Shown: positions 27,573-40,255 of the stretch, one piece after another | Layout: each line of letters opens with the position of its first letter | How positions within the stretch are numbered: position 1 is the first letter of the stretch | Assembly (NCBI GenBank): GCA_025786725.1 | Contig: JAHLTZ010000001.1 | Span: 744,001-808,000, forward strand | Source: Syncephalis fuscata S228 | Taxonomy: Eukaryota > Fungi > Zoopagomycota | Direction: 5' to 3' | Length of the DNA stretch: 64,000 bases | The notes under the pieces: model-generated | Seen by the model: only the letters and a program-made list of their open reading frames with translations | Told to the model about the DNA's origin: nothing | Databases searched by the model: none | Made by a program: the position numbers and the translations under genes

Positions 27573-28744
27573 CTAATTGCTACATTGTGATAATTGACGA
27601 TGCATTAATTCCTAATTATTTAAATTGTTACTTTAAAATGTATTGATATTAGTAAATAACTTACATAGACGAGGAATATCGTAGAGCTGCCGGGAACACT
27701 TCGTAATAGTGTAATTCCTAAGCCTCGGTAGAATCCACGAATACCTTGTGCGCGATACAGCGCTATAGCTACTTGTCGAAAGCCCTTCTGACCAGCATCG
27801 GTTTGCATTCGAGATTTAACGACATCGGCCGGAAATAGTGCGGCATTGTAGCCCATTCCTGCCAATGCACCACTTGACATAAGATGTGGTACTGATAAAT
27901 CGGCTCGTGTCAATGGTGGCATTTTAGCCCCAGCTTCAATTCCCATTAATTCTTTGCGTTGTCGACGAAGTGTGCCCAAATGCCATTCGCAGGCCCATTC
28001 ATATACGCCAAACCATGCGGCTCCACCTCCTACCTCGCGTAGTAACGTGCCTAGGCTGCCTCGATACAGCCCAAGTGGGCCATGTTGTTTTAGCGTATGT
28101 GCAATGACGGAAAATGGGCCATTGCCTGACCGTTGATGTATTGCTTGTGTTGAGGCCACTTGTAGTTGACACTTTATTAGTTCCACCGGCGTAAGCACGA
28201 ATGCAGCGCCAACTCCGGCCATAGCACCCGCCAAACAACGTTCCTGCATGCTTAATGACCGTCTTAATGGGTCGCTATTGCTATCAATGTCTCGTTGCCA
28301 CCAATGGCGAATAGCTTGCTGTGCTAATTCGTAGCCCATAAAAAGTGCTGCATTTTCAAGCACGGCACCAAATAAAGGGGCGGATAGGCCCTGTAGATGT
28401 TCAATAAACATTGCTATTATAGCGCTTAGCTTAAAGAAACTTACCTGGTAAAAGGACAGAGGTCCTTCGTATCGTATCATCTGTCGTATACAGTCAAACG
28501 TGCCAGTATAGCTCGGCTGGACGAGTGATTGCGTTTGAAGGCGCACTTTAACAGTGTCGAACGGAAATTCCACCGTTTTCCCTACAAATCCGCCTACCTA
28601 CATACGCGCAGTACAAGTATATTAATAACAAATTACCAATTTGCTTAACAGCGTACCTACCGAACCACATACTAGTTCTACGAATGCACTCTCCTGTGGT
28701 ACTCCCTTTGCTAAGGAAGGCGTTTGTTCTGCTCTGGTAGCCAT
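27573..28744 (-). CDS. ORT1: Mitochondrial carrier, ornithine carrier (Ort1/Arg-13)-like
   Basis: Three PxDxxK signatures (PFDTVKVRLQ, PVELIKCQLQ, PADVVKSRMQ); ENAALF and REVGG typical of basic amino-acid carriers. Confidence 0.8.
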
Positions 28745-30560
28745 ATTATTTGTAAAAGTTGACACATTAGCTAAGTCGTTCATGCTTGGTAAAAGGTTTT
28801 TGAGTTAAAGAGAGTACCAGTAAATATGAATGGCGTACGCGGTAGCCGGTTGCAAGTGCAGGTAATAACGGAAAATAAAAAAGGAAAAGAATTTAGTTTC
28901 TAGTAGTTTTGGTTTATATGGTGACGCGATAAACATACAGCTCATATCTGATGATCTCATCAAAAAGGATTTGATCACAGTAATTCGGTGTAGGCAAAGG
29001 GTATACAATTGTATTATTTATCTAACTAGCAAGATATTTAGATAATTGAAGCTATTGTACTTTTATATCTTTTATTTATTCATTTCATCTCATTTTCTTA
29101 ACATTTCTTAATGCAATTAAACACCATCCATTACTATAGCATGTGTAATACTACATCCAACATTGATTAATTCATGTGTAATTAGCAATACAATAATGTA
29201 ATTAATTAGCTATCTTTATTATTGCTTTAATATATATACATTGTCATGATGATATTAATTGTTCAAAATGTCATTTATTTAGTTGGATTGGCTATAAAGA
29301 AGTAGCTGTTTAATAAACGACTTTATAATAGTTATATTAATCTTGATCTTACATCACAAATATGCCCAACATGCAATAGTAGAATATTAGAAAATAGAAG
29401 AAACCATTTAGATGCAATAATCCATGTTGTATGTAGATGCAACAACAGCAAATGCGAATGACATAAAATTGCCATCATATGGCTTCTATTAATATTCGCT
29501 TAAATTTACTATGCTTCTCAATATGCTTTCCAATATTTCTTTGCTATGCCGTCAATCGACAATGTTTGGTTGACAAATATGTATAATGACGTCTATCACA
29601 TGACGATACTCAGACAATGGTATTGATGGCATTGTGCGACATATTCTGTAAGCCTTTCGTCCTTTTCGACATAGGCAAAAACTAGTCAAGTTTTATTAAC
29701 AAACCAGTAGGTGATGGAAATGGCAGTATAGCTCTATTCACTACTGGTAAAATCATTACGCCAATCATTCTGATTAGACATTACTAGAGCATATGTAAAA
29801 GACTTACGTTATTACATTGCTTCTAAAATGAAAATGTGCCATACTTGTTGCAATTGCCATAGCAAATCTATGTTATTTTCTGAAATTGATGTATTCTTTG
29901 TTCACAGTTCATAAGTTATCCATAATTTGATATCAATAAAATACGCAGTTTGCTAAAACGTTCTTTGCACCAATTATATAATAGAAAACTATATGCCTGC
30001 AGTCTAATGCATGGCCTGATGCACACGCTGCATAATTATAGCTGTTTTTGCAATAATTTGACTCTGTTCAACCTGCACATGGTTTTTTTTAACCATAATA
30101 GGCAAAGCTGATGGCAAAATCTTTTGATTGTCTACTGTGTTGCCACCGCAACGCACTACATCCGTTAGTCTCGGCATTCTGTTACTGCAGCATACAATCG
30201 ATTAGTTTTATGTTAACATTTGTTTATCATATAACTGCATTGCTAGTATTTTATTATATTTAATAAACAATTAAATTAAAAGTATTATTTATTTAACTTA
30301 TCACTAAAATTAGCAATGTAGTCGTGTATATTTATTGAATGCTGGTAATTCTTGATTAGCTCATGTCATTTTTACTTACAAAGAGATCTTGCAAGTCAAG
30401 GCCTTTGTTACCCAAAATCAGCCATCACATGTGTTAGATATGTGTACATATACATAGGCATGTAAGGATAACGTAGTAATAGCATCGTCGTTGTCTAGCT
30501 TAGTCTGTTATTCTTGATTATTATATTTATTATTTCTTTATCTTGTGTCATTATATTAAA

Positions 30561-31549
30561 ATGCCAATTAGTCATCAGAATCCAATTCTTGGACCCGAGT
30601 GGGTAAACAATGCCACTCGGATTCTTGGTATTCCTCTTTATCCACTTGGAGAGGTACAAGCCATTGATAACATACTGGAATTCACCGATGATAGAGCCTT
30701 AATGCAAAAACGATTGTTTGGATTCAATAGCCAAGTAGCGTTCATGATTATACTAGGCTGGATCTTTGCACAGAATGCGTACCTTTCCGTTAAAATGATG
30801 ATTGGTAGCCTTCGTAGAATCTCATCGTGGTGCTGTTTGATTTCATCAATTGCGGGAATCATTCTGGGAATATTGAGCACTCAGACCTTGACATCATCCG
30901 GCATAAATTGTCGAATAATATGCTGGTATATTTCTATAGGAATAGGCATTTCGCTTGTTTGCTGTAGTGCAATCATTTTACAAAAAGCCTATCTTATATT
31001 ATGCAAACCAGCCTGGGTTTTAATTGTTGGTGTGCTATGCATTTTGCCTCAAGTGGGCTATCCGCTATTTGTCGCCGCTGTAATGAGGTTTACCTTGATT
31101 GATCAACAGGGCTGCGTCGCTTTATACCCGCCATCATTTCCTTGGTATTGGTTTGGAGCTGTAGTACCCATTAATGTCCTATTTTCCAGTATATTTAGCT
31201 ATATTGCTTATAAGCAATACAGAACTTTTGGATCTCAGGCATGGAAACGCTTAGCACAAGAAGGTATTCGGGCAATGTCACTAGTAATTATGTCCAATAT
31301 ATTTTGTGGTGTTTTTATTTTTTTGGAAATTGGCGATGCTCTTTCAGAATTTTTTTCATTATTGATTGGTAAGTAAATTTTAAGTAGTGCTACTATATAC
31401 TAAACCAAACTAGGACATTTTCTTCAACAGTTCTAGTTAGACATTGCAGTAACATGCGTAATATCGGCAGTTTGCAGAACCGTCCACGAACCAAACACAT
31501 GCACTTATCGCAAATTGTAACAGCTAAAACAATTCAATGTTCGCCATAA
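30561..31549 (+). CDS. Orphan multi-pass (about 7TM) GPCR-like membrane protein, 2 exons
   Basis: Six to seven hydrophobic helices; Cys pair (INCR before TM3, QGCV in the loop); intron at about 31369-31413; last exon WTFSSTVLVRHC..; 1-nt deficit in the T-run near 31352. Confidence 0.7.
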
Positions 31550-32538
31550 CTAATAAAGTGCTAGTTTGTAAATATATAATATTTATTTTTAATAGTGCTA
31601 AGCAAATCATAAATCACAGCAAATAAGAATGTAGATTATTTATTTAACTGATTTGCATGGTGCAAAATTAGTTAGAGCTATAATAAACGTTACTCAAAAT
31701 AAATTATAGCAAAATCCCCAAAATTAATGCGATGTGCTAATAGCTGGCTGCTTGAAAAGAATTATTGCAATGTAAAAACAGATACACTAATGGCGATTAG
31801 TTAGCCCTATGGACTAAATAATAACTCAATGTAACCGTTGAATCAAATTGAAAATAAACAGACAATTAAATTATAAGCAATATCAATTTTAAGTAGCAGT
31901 TCTTAGTACCAGATTTGAAAATTCTAAATAACGATTCATTGAGCCACTACAATTTACTACATTTTGTGCTGTGGAACTAATTCGTAGACGGCACCACGCT
32001 TTCTACTCAAATTCCCGCATGGTCTGCATTTACATGTGGCAAGCCATGCATAAACCAACAGCTTATTTACCGTATTGTCCGTAGCTGAAGAATAGCGTTT
32101 AATGCGCACATCTGCATGGTGACCCTATCCGAGTGATTTTCAAAGGGCCGCAATCTATTGGCCTGTAACAATAGATGATCCTCACTTCTTTGCGGCATAT
32201 CTTTTGACGTAGCCACAGGAACAGGCACGGAGAGTGAGGCTTGGCCATCTAAAACCGGTTATTCTCGACGCGCGTATCTAACAGCTGATATAGAATGATG
32301 TCAAGTGTTACAACGTGTTTCGTAAAAAATAGCAACAATAGACCTATTTTTTTGAATGTGCTTCATTCACACTCTCGTTCTATTTACTTACTAACGACAG
32401 CGTGCTTAATGAATATTTGCATGAATTTTGTTGAATAGGTGCCGGTACACTTATAAACACGAGCTACTTACCTTTTTACAATTGAACACATACGTTGTTG
32501 CACTAGTTTTATTTCAACTTTTTTAAACTCAACCAAAA

Positions 32539-33606
32539 ATGAAGCGTCATTTTGGCTGCTGGCAAAAATATTTGGCCAAACACAGTATACGAACAGGTTC
32601 GCAATACTATTCTACTATAGCTTTCTATGCTAGCATACTGTTATCATTATTCTACTTTATCGATGCCATGCCGGTCATGGCCGTTCAATTGCCTTTTACA
32701 CAGTCCCAAGTGATAAATACACCTAGTAATATTTTATTATCGACAGTGCCACAGCTAATAGCCCGTAACGACATAGTAGGCACCAGTACACTAGGCGAAC
32801 CACAGTCAAAGTCGTCTGGGGCTATTGATCCAAATTTGTGTACCACACGGGGCTATTCTTCGGGGGATTTCTATTTTCTTGGATGTTTTACTGCCAATAA
32901 TACTCTAGGTATAGGAAATGACAAAAAGAATAGTGCCGAATTGGGCTGTGTCGCAGATGTAGAACTTACTAGCACTTCGGTAACTGGCAGTGCTAGCAAT
33001 GCACCAAATAACGGCAACAGCAACTGGCGTATGTGCGACAATTCTTCCGAGGTACTTTACTTTGCCACGGATCCTATCACGAAACAGCAAGTTAACTGTG
33101 ATTCTTATACTGTGCTACCACGTAATGCTGGCATTATACGTGGCTGTTATGGTATGCGGTCTGCAGTGACACTGCCACCCTCCACTAGCAATCGCCCACC
33201 AAGTGGTTTGCAATGTATGAGTAATGGACGCATACTTGGTTGTACCGGTGGATTACAAAAAGTGCTTACCATGAAGCCGATATTGGGCGTATTACCAGGA
33301 ATTAACGGCAATGGAACCAACGGGCAAAATGAAAATGAACGCACCTCAAATACTACAAATAGCAGCAATGGCCAAAATACTGATGATTCATCCTATGGAG
33401 ATAGCCAAAAATTATCAAGTGCCGTGTGGACTGGTATTATCGCTGGTATTGCCCTTGGTGGTGTGGGCATTATTGGCATCGTGACTTTGCTTGTTCGGCG
33501 TTACATGCTTAAAAAACGTGCACAGCAGGACACAATGCGCCAGATAGGGCCTTTGGAAATTAGCATTGATATTCGCGTTACCATAGCCATGTGTATATTT
33601 TACTAG
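32539..33606 (+). CDS. Single-pass type I membrane protein with Cys-rich ectodomain
   Basis: Hydrophobic signal-like stretch (IAFYASILLSLFYFIDA), 8 Cys in the ectodomain, N/S/G-rich stalk, TM AVWTGIIAGIALGGVGIIGIVTLLV followed by RRYMLKKR. Confidence 0.75.
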   Translation: MKRHFGCWQKYLAKHSIRTGSQYYSTIAFYASILLSLFYFIDAMPVMAVQLPFTQSQVINTPSNILLSTVPQLIARNDIVGTSTLGEPQSKSSGAIDPNLCTTRGYSSGDFYFLGCFTANNTLGIGNDKKNSAELGCVADVELTSTSVTGSASNAPNNGNSNWRMCDNSSEVLYFATDPITKQQVNCDSYTVLPRNAGIIRGCYGMRSAVTLPPSTSNRPPSGLQCMSNGRILGCTGGLQKVLTMKPILGVLPGINGNGTNGQNENERTSNTTNSSNGQNTDDSSYGDSQKLSSAVWTGIIAGIALGGVGIIGIVTLLVRRYMLKKRAQQDTMRQIGPLEISIDIRVTIAMCIFY

Positions 33607-35131
33607 TAGATATTCAATAAAGCACACTACCTTTTTGTGGCATAAAATATTTTATTACTAAAAATAACATCAACTACATGATAGTAAAATATACAAATTA
33701 TACATCTATAGTAACTAATAAAATTGCTTTAAATAGCCAGATGTTCTTACTAAGCATTTATTAATTAGAATATAGTCGCTAGTCGCTTTATTCACTTATA
33801 CTTTCCATGATATTGTTACTACTTTGCGTGGTTTACAAAATTCAAGATATTTTTAAATTAACTAATTCACTATTCTATTGCAATTAATATGCTTTCCATA
33901 TCTTGACCATCAAATATATCATTTTAATAAAGTTATATTATTATCATAAATACTTGACAATAATGAATAACAACAAATATCCTTTTACTCTCTTGATAGA
34001 GTTCTATATTAGTCCAAATATAAGAATCAGCACAGCCTATTGTACTGCACTAGTTTACTAATAGTAGTCATATTTAAACAGAAGCTGTTACTATAGTAAG
34101 TGTAATACTTTTATAATCTAAAATATTTATTATGATATAGCTTTATTTCTAATATTTATTATGGCAAGCATATATAAATAGATTTAATACAGCATAATAC
34201 ATGTTAAATACCTAGTTTGTTACACTATTTTAAATTTATACATCAGTGGCACCAATATTAATTAGCCGTGCAAAATTCTACATAGTTAAGCGCAGTAGAG
34301 TAGATGTTTTTTTTTCATTTTTACTGCTTTGACACTACAAGACAGTGCTGCTAAAGCTGATAGGATGGGTTGGATGCCAAGCGCACCATGTGGATAGCGA
34401 AAGCAGTTGTGCCAAAACGCACACAGTGTTGTGTTGCGCCCATTACTAACATCGGCTGATATTACCGATGCACAGTGCGGTAGGAGTAATTGGACTGTTT
34501 CATGTGCCATCCTCATTTTATGGTCAAGTTTTCTTGGCTAAATTTATTTAACAAACAAACGTTATGGCACAGCAGCAAAAGCATAGAGCACGACACGGCA
34601 CACAATAAGACGGAGGCAGTTTTAATACTGTTGGTAGTTCCTTATTACATATATCGATAGAATAGGTAGCAGTAGAATGCGAACTTGCAAATATCAAATG
34701 TTAATGATGAATACAGCTACAAAAAACAGGATTGGAAAATTATTTCGACTATTGTTTCATATTCACGATAACACAGGCATTACTGCACGTCTAAAGTGAT
34801 GGTTCTTTTATAGCTAATATCAGAATCAGTCGTCGTTTTTATTCAAGTTTTATTACCAATGTAAAGCACAAATATTTATAGAGTATGCCTGATTGCCGTC
34901 GCTTGCCACTTTGCTACACCCGATTCCCCTGTTTCCATTTGCGCCAAGATTTTATCATCATTTATACTATTTTATGAAAGAAAAGCCAAAATTTTAAATT
35001 TATAGAAACAGATATGTTCTTATCAGATTCAGCATGATACCGACAAAACTGCTATATAATTTAAATAGTCTCTCTGTTCAGTTATTCTAATATTTGTTGC
35101 CTAATTTGTTTTTACTGCATAATTATACGCC

Positions 35132-37050
35132 ATGTTAAATAGTTTAATAATATTTGCAATACTGCCATGCTTTGTTGTATCCGTCTTTGGTATGGCCACA
35201 TTTCATATGGGCAATCGAACATTTCAATATCACACACAAGATTTGTTTGAGTTTGAAGTTGCACCGTATACAACTCGTGGTATTCTGATGGAAGCTGTGT
35301 TTAACAAAAATACAACATGCGAAATATTGCCATCTATTTTCGATAAAGCCCGATCTGCATTGAAAAATGTAAAATTCCATAACATCACAAGGTTAATTAT
35401 TGCCATTGATGCAGTAAAAGCGCATAAATGTGGCTGTAAAACAATTGCTCATGTAAGCCATCAGCACCAGTATTGTATTAGCATGTTCTAATTATCATTA
35501 TAAATAGACGAAAATTGCAGTCTCCAAACTTAACCAGCATTCAAATGCTACAAATGGGTTTTTAGTTGACACGGCACTATACATAGCGCATAAAAAACCA
35601 GGCCCTAGTTTTGGCGCATATCGCACCTTGAGGTATACAGGATATGGGTTCGGCCATTACAAAGACGTTTCTTCAGTCAATATTGCATTGCTACCATATG
35701 AAAATTATCAGGTCGTTTTAGATGCGCGCAAAAAGCTAAAAACGGCGATCATTGTAACAGTCAAAGAAGGTAATTGATTTATCTTAATACTGCTATCACA
35801 TTTTACAGATCAACTAATACATAGCCAATATCTCTATAGAGCCAGGGCCTTGGAATGCAGTTTTTTTGTCAGTTGGCTACCGGGCATTTATATATTTTAT
35901 AGTGGCCGTAGTCATTAGCATTATGATGTACAGCCTTGTAGTGTTATACTGCTTACTCAAGGTAAAAAGGAATATCACTAAGCAGCACGTTGTAATCTAT
36001 GCTTCTGCTCTGTGTGCTGCAATATGTAAGACAAACTCACAATTATTGCTATTAATAGAATGTTAACTAGCTGATTGTATGTGTTTAGTATTTGCATCTG
36101 CATTGATGCTCAGAGAAAACAGTATAGTTCACAAATGGATTATGTTTTTTCTAGGGATTTTTTTATACATTGGATTTTATACACTGATATTGCTATGGTA
36201 TGTTGTCTAATGTGGCAAGAATTATTACTAATTGTACTAAAACCTGCCAATAATAATAATAATAATTAATAGGCACTCGATCGCCGTCAGCGTGCAAAAA
36301 AGCCGATGCTTACTGCTTCTTCGCTATGCTATTATTATTTCATTTGTAATTGCAATTGTCGGCCGAATATTGTATATTATGTGTGCGTTTATTCCATCAC
36401 CTACGGCACAGGGCATGGTACGAATAGCCAGTAATCGTTTTGTATTATTTACTCAATTTACCATTATTATTGCATTTGTTTATTACGGTACTACTACGAT
36501 ATTATTCTAAATATTACATTCTAAACTGTTGGTGTTTAGGTATAATATTTTGGCTAAAACAAGACAATTTATCAGCAAATAGTAATGCAAAGCAAGCACT
36601 GTCATTAGTAAGTAGCATGAAAACTATATTAAGAAGCAAAAAAAATATTAGCAATACTCACCATTAGCATGCTAGGTAACAAAAATATGTGCAATATTTT
36701 CATTAGGATATCTGATGACAATTACTGCAAATGTGATGAACAATGCAGAAATCTGGAAATATGGCGTTGAAGCCGAGGTTACTCGCATGGTTCTTTATAA
36801 AGTATCGCATGCTGTACGCATTATTGTACTTCTTTTTGTCATTGATTTACGTCCAAACTCGAATAGCCAGTGTAGAGGTGGGATGGCAATTGTAGCAGAC
36901 AGCAGGGATAATATCACAAACTCAATACAAAATACGCATAACATCCATACATCTTATACTGGCGCGCTCATGTCATCGAACATTGATCCAAATGCGCGGA
37001 CAACACTTGAAAATAGTATATATTGCAATACAGTTACTACACATAATTAA
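35132..37050 (+). CDS. Signal peptide, extracellular (PA-like) domain and about 7TM: receptor-like protein (multi-exon)
   Basis: MLNSLIIFAILPCFVVSVFG leader; about 200-aa ectodomain ending in VTVKEEPGPWNAVFLS; successive hydrophobic helices in ORFs 35866, 36292 and 36715 joined by GT-AG introns. Confidence 0.7.
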
Positions 37051-37243
37051 TTTATTACCCAACTCAGCATTAGCAGCAAAATATTTAATACTGTTTATTA
37101 TACTGACAATGACATTTATCAATAGTTTATAAATACTAATGTAATCTAAATAAATTATTTTATAACGTCTAGATTTATTTGCGCAAGACTGTATAAGAAT
37201 AGCATAAAATAAAATCTGTAATCTAAGAATGCTTAGATAAATC

Positions 37244-37268
37244 ATATATATATATATATATATATATA
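37244..37268. repeat. (TA)n microsatellite
   Basis: atatatatatatatatatatatata seen directly. Confidence 0.85.
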
Positions 37269-37700
37269 ACTGCTATTTGTGTTGTCGATGTGTTTGTATA
37301 ATAGTACGGCAAGCACCAAGTATTATATAAAACAACTCAACATGCCATACATGCATTATTACATTGACTATTTGTTTAAATGACACTAACAAAGGTTATT
37401 TATGTCGAAAGTGGTATTATGCAATATTAAAAAACTATATCGATAACTTATCACATTATGTTAAACTAAACCAATCGTCTGTTCAATTAATTATATTTGA
37501 CTAATAGTAGTTATATTTAAATAAAAGTCATTACTACATTGGTTTATGCAAACAGCTATTTCAAACATCAAATATCATCTTTAATTAGAAAAAACTGAAC
37601 CCAACATTAAAGTGCATAGTTGTTATACACATTAGTGTTTCAAAACAATAGCGGCTACTCAAGTAGATACACGTACACACAAGCAGGTGTAGATAAGCAT

Positions 37701-39544
<1,844 letters not shown>

Positions 39545-40255
39545 GGTTTCTGGAAAGAAGAGTAGTCAATAATAAAGAGGAGAAATAGAAAGCAAATAGC
39601 AAAGGAAATGAACAGAGTTAGACCGTAGTAGGTTGATGAAGAAGAGAACGAGGGAAACGATAGTCGGACGGGGATGAGGTGTACGAGGAAAGGAAAGTAA
39701 CGAGCAAGTAGAGTATAAGTATTATGAACGAATAGACCAAGGAAGGCAGGCGAGGTGAGTGAGTGAGTGTGTGCAAGAACGCGTGAATGATTGTGTGAGT
39801 GAGTGTGGGTGTGAATATTTGCGTGTGGTTTCTATAGATAGTTGCCATTTTCATCCTTATTGATAGGTTGGCCAGGATAGCAGACACACAGACATCGACA
39901 CGCTTTATCCACGCGTCTATCCACATGGTTGAACTGGCCTGTTCTGGTATAGAGTGCCGTTGCTATCACTTTGCACTTTATCGCTGCATATAGCGATGAG
40001 ACCCACGTTTTGTTCAAGGCAGTATAGCGATTTGGTAAATATATCTATAGGATATCATTAGTACTATAATCTACTTTAACTAATCAATACTATTGGTATT
40101 TAACTCTGTAATAGTAGTCAAATACATAAACACTATTAAAATAAACCTATACTCGATACAACATCACACTACACTACATCATCTATTAATGGTGGCGGTA
40201 AATTGATAAATCTTATTTAAATGAATTATCGTGTATTTAACAGCTATGGCAGCTA

